A DNA stretch of 32,577 nt from Paraspadella gotoi (Eukaryota > Animalia > Chaetognatha), in contig JBJCIZ010000236.1 of NCBI GenBank assembly GCA_051294375.1, positions 1 through 32,577 on the forward strand, read 5' to 3'. A program made the translations under genes and the position numbers. Within the stretch, counting starts at the first letter, position 1; each line of letters begins with the position of its first letter. A model generated the notes under the pieces. It worked only from the letters and a program-made list of their open reading frames with translations, was not told where the DNA came from and did not search any database. Below, piece after piece: positions 23,403 through 32,577 of this stretch.

Positions 23403-23656
23403 AAATTTTAATTTCTTTTCCTCACCACCTTCTCTCTCTCTGCTCAAACTTACCCTGTCCTCAAAACTGACCACTGTCCTTTTTTGATTTCTTTGTTAGA
23501 AACATTTATTTCTCTCTCTCTCTCTCTCTTTCCCTCCATCCTTCTCACTGTTTACTTGTAAACAAAAAATTATGTATTATCAAAATTAAATAAGCACTGA
23601 TGAAGATTTGCAAATTAAGTCGTTAAAGAAATTCTTTTTCTCTCTAAATCTTAAAA
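23022..23656. mobile_element. Foldback element with outward-facing hammerhead motifs (inverted PLE pLTR pair)
   Basis: Arms 23095-23331 and 23363-23622 are closely similar reverse complements around a 31-bp spacer. The match continues at 23022-23057 and 23623-23656 after a gap of about 37 bp in the right arm. Arms are (TC)n-rich. Confidence 0.85.
23079..23126 (-). ncRNA. Minimal type I hammerhead motif, core G8>A variant
   Basis: Minus strand taagca-CTGATAA-A-GACTT-gcaaatt-AAGTC-GAAA-CATG-TA-tgttta: stem I taagca/tgttta, stem II, palindromic CATG loop, AATAAA shortly downstream. The right-arm copy (23597-23622) keeps CTGATGA but lacks GAAA onward. Confidence 0.75.
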
Positions 23657-24861
23657 ACACAACGAAAGAAAAAAACAACACAATATTTGAAAATTATATC
23701 CATAGGATATTTACATTCTATATTGAGCTCGAATTTTTTAATATAATCAGCTTGGGAGGTATTGAGTAATCCATATCATATTCTGAAAAGAATTTTAGTA
23801 AGCTTAGCCAATCTTAATAAGATACAAAATATTTTTGGGCGACTTGAGTCTTGGGTACATTGTTACATCATCTTTGATCGAGATTTTAATCTTGTCAATC
23901 ATATCAGGATACAACTGAATTATGTACATTGCAAATCTCTTTAAATGTATGCATCCTCATTGTTATTACTAAGTGGAAATCCTGATTATTATTATTAGTA
24001 AGAAAGTAAATAAAATCGCCGGCCGAATTCTTTAAAAATTCCAATGCCCGCTAAGAAATATTTTGCTCCCTCTGTTCAAACGCCGGTCGCAAAACGTTAC
24101 CTTATTTGGAAGTATTTTTAGAATTGTTTACTTTACAAATGTAAACCAAATTTTCTCTCTCTCGCCGTATAGAAATGAATGCCACTTTGTACAATTAGCC
24201 AATTCGATTCCATTCGCTTTTCTGATTTCAATAAATCGATTCATCTCATTTTGTTCGCCATTTTTATCTCGACCGCCTCCACTACTAATTTCTTTATTAT
24301 CTGTTAATTAATGAATTAATGAATTAATATCAATGAATTAATCTTCCTTAATAATTTTATTGGTTCTTGTTCTGGTAGTAGCCAAGTAGATTACAGACTT
24401 AATGCCATGCTACTATTGATAATCATATTTCATACCATCTAGGAAAAGTATTTTTGGGCTTAAAATATAGTAATAACAAATTGAAAATATAGTTGATAAC
24501 GAAATTAAAAAAATTAAAGAAAATATATTGTTTTATTTATCTCTAAAAATAAATATAAGCAAAATATTTTGATTCAAAAATTGCCTATCTTAATTAAGAA
24601 AAATAATTTCTTTACCTAAGCAATTTCAGAAACACTTTGCTCAGTTAATCAGGTAATATCTTACGAATTTTATAAGTCTTTTTCCCCCGGGATTCTACCT
24701 GGGGGTGGAAAGTGTTTTATACGAAGTGGAAAATTGAACTGATTGAATAAGATACATCGTTAAACTCTTCAAAACCTAGAAAGAAAAACTACTTTGCTGG
24801 TGTGGAGTGATACAACTTAGGAGCTCGGGCCGGGAGGCCTTGGCTTGGTCGGAAAAATAAG

Positions 24862-26724
24862 ATGGCTGCTCCCAACAGAAAGAACGTGATTCATTCAAAT
24901 ATTGCATCAGACAAGTCAAAACAGCAGAATTTGGTCCGACAATATCGAACAATTCTATCTCAGATTGAAAAGCTACCAGAAGGCGTTCGAAAGAACATAG
25001 AAGACCTGGCGAAAGGTGACGGAATCGAAGTCATAGAGGTGGAAATGGACGAAGCTACGATCGGCGGGGCAACAGCTGCGAGTCAACAGACGGGCCCGGA
25101 GGTGAACAACTCGGAGGAACCCCTACAACCTAAGGCCACCANNNNNNNNNNAGAGGAACCTCCGACGGGCGGCAAAATGAGATCGATAATGCTCGACGGA
25201 AATATCCCGAAGGAGGTCAGAGAATGTAGAATGAAAGTTATCGAATTGGTTGAAAAATATAAAAGAGACGATGCTGTTGTTGAAGAAATAAAGATCACTA
25301 AAAGGGGAGAAGTTATTTTAATAGCACAGGATGCTCACGCTTTTAATGTCTTACTCCAGCCGAACTCGTGGAAGCAGAATCCTTATAACCTGAAACCGAA
25401 ACTCCCTGTCGAAAGAGCAATAAGACAAGACATCCTCCTTAAGGGTGTTCATCCCTCAATTACAACAGAGAAAATTACGGAGGCATTACGCAATAAAGGA
25501 TACTATCCAGTTGAAGTTCTAAGACTCCAAGCAGCGAACGCCGAGGTGGATAGCTGGAATATCAAGGTCAGTTTAACCTCGAAACAAGAAAAAGATAAGA
25601 TTCTATCTGAAGGAAAATTTCACGCATTTTATAAAGTTCACAATGTGACTGATTTTATCTCAAATACGGTGATTCAATGTTTTAAATGTCAGAGATTCGG
25701 TCATCGAGCGAATAATTGCCAAGCGACAACAAATACTTGTGTCAAATGCGGGGAATCTCACCACCATTCGGAATGCAAAGCGGAAAGGAACGAAGCTAGA
25801 TGCAGCAACTGCGGGGGTAATCATCCAGCGTCTTACAAGGGATGTCGTAGCTTCAAAGAAGCAAGAAACGGAGCAAGTCAAACAACGAACGGCATATCGG
25901 TTCCAAGAAAACAGGGTGAAACGGTTCGAAGATCTTATGCTGAGGCAGTCTCAGGCGGAAGTGAGGATCGAAATTGTGAGACTAACGAATATAAAATCTT
26001 CGTGGAAAGAGTTGTCTTCCCGGTGGCAGGATTCTTCATGAATTCGATGCGCGAGATGCTAAAAGAGGCGGTATCATGCGACTGCAAAAAAGGGGTCAAA
26101 CAAAGTAATGAGGACGCACAAGAAATTCAATTAAGGTGGGAAAATGATTTAGTTAATAATATCATGTCTATGGCAGAAAGAATTGTGGGCCCTTTGTGGA
26201 CCGAGGGCGAAAAATTATCAAAGAATTACAACGAATTTTTAGGAATTCGATCGAATGGGATTGTTCCAAACCGAGAAGTGGGAATCAATCAACGGAACAC
26301 AACGGTAGCTCAGNNNNNNNNNNAGGAACATATCCAGACGACCGAACCAACGGAGACTGCACCCTCAATGGTATTTAATCTTGAAGAAAGTGAAGCATCG
26401 TGGAGTGAGGGAAACTCATCGTTTGTATCCATTAAGGATCAGGAGGACTCTCCGAGGACAGCGCTGAGGACCTACAAAAGAGCGAGGACAAGAACGGAAG
26501 AGGAAGTTATTTCGTCAACACCAATACCCTCAGGATTGAAGAATCCGTTCATAAACCCTCTGAGGAAATCGGACCGACTTTCGAGGAGGACGTTATCGAG
26601 CCCAGCAGACTGTACTGCAACCAGAGAGGATGTCCGAACAATCGAAGCAGTGGCGAGAATAATACCGAAGAAGCAACAGAAGATGCAGCTAAAACAAATG
26701 ACAGAGGAAACCAAAGATGGATGA
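24862..26724 (+). CDS. LINE ORF1 (gag-like nucleic-acid-binding protein with three CCHC zinc knuckles)
   Basis: CFKCQRFGHRANNC, CVKCGESHHHSEC and CSNCGGNHPASYKGC, preceded by an RRM-like region; typical of Jockey/I/R1-group LINEs. Contains two 10-N gaps, so exact length and frame continuity are uncertain. Confidence 0.9.
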   Translation: MAAPNRKNVIHSNIASDKSKQQNLVRQYRTILSQIEKLPEGVRKNIEDLAKGDGIEVIEVEMDEATIGGATAASQQTGPEVNNSEEPLQPKATXXXXEEPPTGGKMRSIMLDGNIPKEVRECRMKVIELVEKYKRDDAVVEEIKITKRGEVILIAQDAHAFNVLLQPNSWKQNPYNLKPKLPVERAIRQDILLKGVHPSITTEKITEALRNKGYYPVEVLRLQAANAEVDSWNIKVSLTSKQEKDKILSEGKFHAFYKVHNVTDFISNTVIQCFKCQRFGHRANNCQATTNTCVKCGESHHHSECKAERNEARCSNCGGNHPASYKGCRSFKEARNGASQTTNGISVPRKQGETVRRSYAEAVSGGSEDRNCETNEYKIFVERVVFPVAGFFMNSMREMLKEAVSCDCKKGVKQSNEDAQEIQLRWENDLVNNIMSMAERIVGPLWTEGEKLSKNYNEFLGIRSNGIVPNREVGINQRNTTVAQXXXXEHIQTTEPTETAPSMVFNLEESEASWSEGNSSFVSIKDQEDSPRTALRTYKRARTRTEEEVISSTPIPSGLKNPFINPLRKSDRLSRRTLSSPADCTATREDVRTIEAVARIIPKKQQKMQLKQMTEETKDG

Positions 26725-28228
26725 CACTGATAAGGGATCGACTATTGTTCAGGTGAACACAAATGGAAACCCTTCTAGATTATGTGAATTAGTAGATCTT
26801 ATTTATTCTTACAATAACTTACTAACTTTACCTTTAGTATTGATGAATGACACAAGATGTGTTGAACTTGATTGCAATATATTTAAAAGATATAAAATTT
26901 TAATAAGGGAGCCACTTACTAGAGGAGCTGGCGGAGTAATTTGTTTAGTCCCGGAAAACTGGGAATTTTATCAAGTAGATTTAGAAACGAGTTTGGAGAT
27001 CGAATATATTTGCCTGGTGATTGACAGAGGTGATCTAAAAATTAAGATTTTAAATGTATACCTAAGACCAGGATGGCAATTTAATAAAGAGATATTTGAT
27101 AAGTTTGTTAATTTAAGAAGCAAAGGGAGAGAACTTAAAGGATTTATAATAGGAGATCTAAACTGCCCAAATGAGCAATGGGGCTCAAGATTCACAAACA
27201 CAAACGGAGCAAAACTCCTACAAGTACTTAATGACTATAACCTTGAGGTGATAAACGATTACAATGTAAATACATATCAAGGCTTCGACGGAAGTGAAAA
27301 TATCCTTGACCTTTGTATAGGACTTTTTAACTCTCTCGATATGATTAGTAGTTGGAGGTGTGAGAAACATGTGGGTAGCGACCACTTAGTTATGGAGATG
27401 AAACTGAATATGCCGTTAAATAGAACAGAGAGGAGAACTAAAAGGATTAACTGGGAGAAATTTGGTAAAGAACTTGAGAATAAAAGCGAGACCATGACAT
27501 CGTTTATTCGAGAAGAATTACTAAATAGTGAGAATGAAATTGAGGAAGCTTTAGAACTATGGTATAAGGAAATAAGAGAGGCTTATAATAATTCAAGAGA
27601 AGAAGTCGAAAATAAACTAAAAGGAAAAATTAAGCTAAGTTATGAAACAAAGAAACTAATCCGTACACGCAGATTTCTTTTAAAAATGAAAAGAAGCAGA
27701 AATATAAATGGAGTGCTTCGGGAGAGTATAAAACCAGTTTTAAATAAGGTTATTCGAGAAGTTAGGAAATCTATAAAAAAAGACACGGAAGAATATTTCG
27801 AAATTAAGGCTCATGAACTAAATTTAATTAAGGATTCAAAGAAGAAGTGGGACTGTATTAATAAGATGATGGGGAAAGGAAAGATTCCAACCGACTACTC
27901 GAAATTGTGTAATCACCTTGGCATTCTATGTGAGAGTAATGAGGAGAGGGCTGAGGCTTTTGCAAAGAAAATGGATGTTTCATACGCCTTTCCAGCAAAC
28001 CCTTACTTCGACGATAAGTTTAAAGACGAAATTAAAATCAAGGCCGATCTTTTTAGAGGTACAACCAACCCTGACGAAGATGAATCTCTTTATTATTTCC
28101 CAGACTGGGAATACTTTTCGAAGGTGGTGGGAAGACTGAAAGAAAACTCAGCCCCGGGGGAGGACGGGATTACCCATTCCCAACTGAGAAGACTAAATCC
28201 AGAGTTTTCAAAGGGATTTACATGTTAA
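26717..28228 (+). CDS. LINE ORF2, intact N-terminal part (APE endonuclease and start of RT)
   Basis: APE motifs VQVNTNG, GAGGV, NVYLRP, IIGDLN..WG, ILDL and GSDH; RT entry motif SAPGEDGI. Confidence 0.92.
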   Translation: MDDTDKGSTIVQVNTNGNPSRLCELVDLIYSYNNLLTLPLVLMNDTRCVELDCNIFKRYKILIREPLTRGAGGVICLVPENWEFYQVDLETSLEIEYICLVIDRGDLKIKILNVYLRPGWQFNKEIFDKFVNLRSKGRELKGFIIGDLNCPNEQWGSRFTNTNGAKLLQVLNDYNLEVINDYNVNTYQGFDGSENILDLCIGLFNSLDMISSWRCEKHVGSDHLVMEMKLNMPLNRTERRTKRINWEKFGKELENKSETMTSFIREELLNSENEIEEALELWYKEIREAYNNSREEVENKLKGKIKLSYETKKLIRTRRFLLKMKRSRNINGVLRESIKPVLNKVIREVRKSIKKDTEEYFEIKAHELNLIKDSKKKWDCINKMMGKGKIPTDYSKLCNHLGILCESNEERAEAFAKKMDVSYAFPANPYFDDKFKDEIKIKADLFRGTTNPDEDESLYYFPDWEYFSKVVGRLKENSAPGEDGITHSQLRRLNPEFSKGFTC

Positions 28229-29900
28229 TTATGACAGCTCCAGCTTTCGAAAATAAACTATTTTCGGCCTAAGAGGAGCCCACGCAAATGGCCGTCATAA
28301 ATATAGATTCGCGGAAAAAAGGGGAAAACCAGGCTGCAAAAACCTGTCGCGTGAAAGGATTTGCGACCAATTAGTCTGCTTGAGGCTGGCGTTGGTAAAT
28401 TATTATGAACGGCACTTTATCCGGGATTCAAATCTTCGAAAGCATATGGATAATCAAATAATATAAAAATAACCCATATGAGCAACGCAGGTTTCTGTCG
28501 AGGTAGATCAGCACTCAGGAACAGCTTGATTAGATTGTCGGAAGATAATTCACGGAGAGTAGGGTTTCAAAGCATAAATAAAGCAGTCTGGCAATCTTTG
28601 CATGATGATGGAAGATGCTTTTTTTTTTTTTCTTTAACAGGAGTTTGCATGATGGTCTTGTATTATATAAAAGGATGAGGAAGTGGGCGTCTTTGCTTTC
28701 CAGACAGGCCTTATTCGAGCTAAATTGACTCGATCTTAGGGGCAAATAGAATTTGTTACTACGTTAAGATCGGGGGGCGGGGAAATTTTGTAACTGCGAG
28801 AAAAATCTACGGCAATGTGCTTGTGGTTGTCCGCAAGGGTGAAATTATATCAACGCGAGGGGAGCGCTCTTCTGCTATTCTATCGTATCTCGATATGCAA
28901 GGGCCAATAAGGTCGCCGAAGATACGTCAGACGAATAGTGGCGAAAAAATTTGCGGATGATACCGGCATAACTGGGTTACCAGTCACTGTAGCAGACGAG
29001 GACGTTGATCGAGCACATAGGTAGTAGCACCTCGGTCGCAGAAGGTGTTCCGGCTGGAGTTGTGTACAATTTGAAATGAAGACGCGACCATGGGAATGCG
29101 ATCCAGTAGGGTGGTGGGCAGTAAATGGGGCCCTTAAATTAGGCTCCAGAATAAATGTGGCAATTAATTAGTTTTTCAAACGGAAGCAGCGAAGTAGCGT
29201 TGTTCGGGAATATTCACTGGACTTAGATTATTTGGGGTTAAAATTGGGATTGTTGCAGCGGGAAGGCAATTTTTTTTTAGGGCGTATAAGCCGTTGCGAT
29301 AGTAACGCGCCCCGGTCGGGTAATACTAAAGTGGAGATACTCACGATTAATAATTTGTAAGCGTATGATACAAGAGGATTGTGGAGTATTGTCGGCAAAT
29401 TAAGATTTAAAATATAAAATAATGCTGAGTTAGGTAACATTATGTTTATGACTCTACTTTAGTAAGGTATCGTGCGTTATTTAGCGTTGAGATGTATAGC
29501 ATAGTTGCTGTTTTTGTAGCTATTTTCTCAACTCTCTAATGGAATACAATTAGTAGAGCAAGCTTGAATTTAGATTTTAAAAAGTAAAAAAAACCAACGA
29601 AAACCATTTTTCATAATTTTAATCTAATGTACCAGAGTATGGCAATGTGCAATATTTTTTAGTTTTGGATTAATTTGGGTTTAGGAACGGCATCTGCGTA
29701 TTAAGAATAATTAAGAAGGGGGCACAGTTTGCAAATGCGAGGTTTGATTTGAACAAAAAAAAACGCGCCGGCATTTTAGGGCGGCTATAATACATTGAAA
29801 AAGCATAGAAGGGCGATTCTAGGGGCGAGGGCAGCAAGGGCAACAGTGTCGGGGCCTTGCGAATGTTTTAAGTTTGAAGTAGCGGCATAATAATTATCCT
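28229..29900 (+). pseudogene. Frameshifted continuation of LINE ORF2 (reverse transcriptase)
   Basis: R-P-I-S-L-L (28364), G-F-C-R-G-R-S (about 28490), P-Q-G (28831), F-A-D-D-T (28950) and Y-L-G (about 29229) in canonical order but in different frames. Confidence 0.85.
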
Positions 29901-30611
29901 CTTGTAAAATTTTTTTGTTGCTGTTCTCAAGAAGCTTAAGATTTCTAACTCTGTTTTCTTTGTATAAAGGATAGCTGTTTGTAATTTGACAAGAACGATT
30001 ATTGAAAATATTAATTAGGCAGAGCTACAGTAACAAAGTATTACATTGCGATTTAGAAATAGGATGTGATCAAATTGCCTTTTGCAGGCCTGTTTGGCTG
30101 CGCGTAATGACTTTGACTAAAAAACTTGTTTGCCGCGATGATAAATCTATTGGGTTGCTCGTGTAAATGCTGTTGATTAATTTGTTACAGGCGCAGTCTG
30201 TGATATATTTGTAAGCTGCGACGGCATGGCGCTATCGCCGCGGAGCGCCGTCGGCTTGCTTTAATAAATCTAATCTAATCCTATATCGAGGCGCACCCGG
30301 CGGCGCAAACTTCAGATTTTGCGCCGGTAACATTGGAATCAAATTGCGTTTTTCACAAAAGACTTGCATATAGAATGCGGCCGCCGCAAGGCCAACGAGC
30401 TAAATCGACGATCAACGGCTGGGCAAACCAGTTTACGGCGGAAAGGAAAAGGAAGGCTTCGCAGTTTGAAGCATACCAATCGTCGGATGTGGCGCCGACG
30501 ATCATTTTAAGGTGCCGGTTAATGTAATAATTAATTTAATTAATACAAAGCTATTTAAAACTTAATAGATAATTTAAGTTAATAAATTGTGATTAATATC
30601 CTGTTTCCGGG

Positions 30612-32150
30612 CTTCCGTTGAGTATAGAGATTTAACTAAGTTTGGAAATGTTTTGCGTGCACGATTTTTTTATAAATAGCTCGTATGAGCATATCATGTC
30701 ACGCAGGACCCTAAGGCGATCAGGACACATGTTTTTTTTCGACGATGCTCTGTCATTTCGAGTCTTCATGCAGGCAGCTAACTGATTGGGCATTAACAAC
30801 TTTGAGGTGTAAAAGGAAAGGGAGAGAGAGAGAGAGTAGTAGAGTAGTGAGCAGAGAATAGGAGAGAGAGAGATGAGAGGGCGCTAAAGAGTTTGCCAAC
30901 ACGGCAGAGATAAAAGTTGTTAAAAGATGAGTCACAAGTTTTGAGTTGAGAAGACGGCGAGATCAAGCTTGTGAAAGAGAAAGTTGAAGATGGTCAATTG
31001 GTGAATAGAAGATGAGATGAGAGAGAAGCAGTAAGGAGAGAAGAGAAAGAGAAAAGAGGCAGGGAGAGTACAAATAATAAGCATTATGTAGAATGTAAGG
31101 ACAAGAGAATATAATTTAAAGCTAATGGTGAAATTTAATGCATATTATTGTCTAGGTAATTAACATGAGTTATAATGAAGGTAAAGAAAGTTTTAAATGT
31201 TGAAATTGATCCATTTTGTTGAGAGGATAGATTAGTGAATTGTTAAAAGTGAGAAAATTAAGAATTAAGATAGCAGGCTGCAAGAATGAGCCATTGAAGT
31301 CGCAGGGCTTGGTCTGCATTCGGCCGCAAGGCGACCTACCTAATGCTACGGCAATGGAACTAGCAGACAGAATATTGTCTCCTTCACCAATGACGCGTCA
31401 ATGAGGCGCGCGCTTGCATCGTTAAGGCCTTTCATTCATGGGCAATAAACCAAGGGGGGCCAGCTCATTTTGAGGCTCTATCATTATATTCTTAATTTTT
31501 CACTTAAACATTCAACAATTATCTAATGGCCCGTCAGCAAAATGATATCATTTCAGGCATTTAAAAAAAGCTTTCTTTGGGGCCTTTCATTAGGCTAATC
31601 TATTTTAATTGTAGCTAGAATAATATTGTTAATCTTATTGCAGCCATTAGTTTAGTAATTGTTATTGCTTTGTTGCTAACTTAGGGCTATAATGTAAGTT
31701 ATATTTGTCTGCTGGCCATTTGTTTTTCTCTCTGGGCTGATCTCTCTCGTCTCGACCTCTGCTAGGCCTTCTGGTCTCTCTATGCATCTCTCTCTCTTCA
31801 TCCAATTCGACGAGCATTGTTCAGCTTCTTTTGCAGCAACTGGATCTGTCCTCAAGCTCAAAGCTGTTACTAGCAATCCTTTAACACTATGCTCTGATGT
31901 TAGGAAAAGCTTTTTGGGCTCGGGCTCTTGCATCTCTCTGCGGTCCTCTTTCTCTCTCACTCTCTGGCTCCTGGGCTGCTCATCTCTCGACGGCTTCTTT
32001 TACACATTTGTTAAGTCAGGCATCATTACTGGCTGATGATGACTGGGCGAATGAAGAGTCAGAAACATGTACTTATACGCTAAATAATAAACTCGTTGAC
32101 GAAAAGCATTTGCAAACTTTGTTAAATTAATAAATTTAATCTGACGGAAG
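30612..32150. mobile_element. Large foldback element (arms about 680 bp, spacer about 170 bp) with outward-facing hammerhead motifs
   Basis: 30612-31291 aligns by eye, with many indels, to the reverse complement of 31463-32150 (e.g. aaaattaagaat..gatag..aatgagc and aaacatttccaaacttagttaaat versus aagcatttgcaaactttgttaaat). Hammerhead motifs occupy equivalent positions in both arms. Confidence 0.7.
32028..32076 (+). ncRNA. Minimal type I hammerhead motif
   Basis: CTGATGA-T-GACT-gggcgaatgaag-AGTC-(A)-GAAA-CATG-TA, with AATAAA at 32086. A noisy mirror copy lies on the minus strand at 30727-30773. Confidence 0.6.
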
Positions 32151-32577
32151 AATTTTTGTTTTATAGGTCTTTTCGTCAACTGATGCACTGACTAAAAGCA
32201 ATCGACGACGATGATGGGCCGAGCGATGAGCATAATGCGGCGATAGAAGATTTGAATTGATTGATTTAGTTGAGTTAAATATTATTAAGTTAATTTATGA
32301 AATAAATCTGATTGATTTGAATAATTAAATTATTAGCATAACTAAATAAATTGAAATGATTTGAATAATTAAATGATTAATTGATTATTAATGACAATGG
32401 CCTTGCATTTATATTTAATATAAAAAAGGCGTTAAATGCAAAATTAGTGAAACAGGTTTTCTTGTTCTTTTCCTTATTCTAAACTCTTCTCGACACTCAG
32501 TATAGCGATTGCCAATCGAAACTAGATAAGATTGCCGAGTCTCAAATCAGGCACACTCGCCTACGTGCGACACAACA

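Larger units (their letters stand above)
24862..30280 (+). mobile_element. Near full-length LINE (Jockey/I-group-like non-LTR retrotransposon)
   Basis: ORF1 plus APE-RT ORF2; 3' end with GC-rich stem-loop (about 30218-30255), AATAAA (30263) and (TCTAA)n tail to 30280. The 5' UTR start and TSD were not identified. Confidence 0.85.
30463..32577 (-). mobile_element. Third copy of the HINE family (minus strand), interrupted by the 30612-32150 foldback and running off the window
   Basis: 30463-30600 is a noisy reverse complement of the HINE 3' end. 32150-32577 is a noisy reverse complement of 16330-16520 and the core repeat (aattagtgaaacaggtttt matches 15536-15554). Confidence 0.7.

Noticed and set aside
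25142-26323. Two 10-N runs in LINE ORF1
   Set aside because: Assembly gaps rather than biology; apparent frame preservation across them is not evidence.
24017-30400. Weak inverted similarity between 24017-24046 and 30340-30387 as TIRs flanking the LINE
   Set aside because: The match is short, gapped and partly in noisy sequence, and there is no TSD.

Overview
AT-rich, transposon-dense eukaryotic DNA, probably from an invertebrate. Most short ORFs in the supplied track are spurious. (1) 501-14040: two nested LTR elements, both with a tRNA-Lys-type primer binding site (PBS). The inner one (1013-7777) is Ty3/Gypsy-like. Its PBS extends into an almost complete antisense tRNA-Lys(CTT) followed by A28, and its gag/RT-like remnant appears inverted relative to the RNase H/integrase remnant. 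(2) Three copies of one Helentron-associated (HINE/DINE-1-like) family: 15051-17688, 17946-18475 and 30463-end (minus strand). (3) A decayed Penelope-like element (YMDD plus GIY-YIG remnant) and three non-coding inverted-repeat (foldback) insertions carrying minimal type I hammerhead ribozyme motifs: 19111-19367, 23022-23656 and 30612-32150. (4) One clean 1203-bp internal host exon (20292-21494) encoding 15 CxxC repeats and a discoidin-like domain; the ORF track captures only its 3' end. (5) A LINE with CCHC-type ORF1 and APE-RT ORF2 (24862-30280). Roughly 1-14 kb and everything after 28.2 kb are indel-rich and look like unpolished long-read consensus, so protein motifs there were read by eye across frameshifts and are tentative. 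The best candidates for something new are the hammerhead-tipped foldback family and the LTR element with a near-full antisense copy of its primer tRNA.
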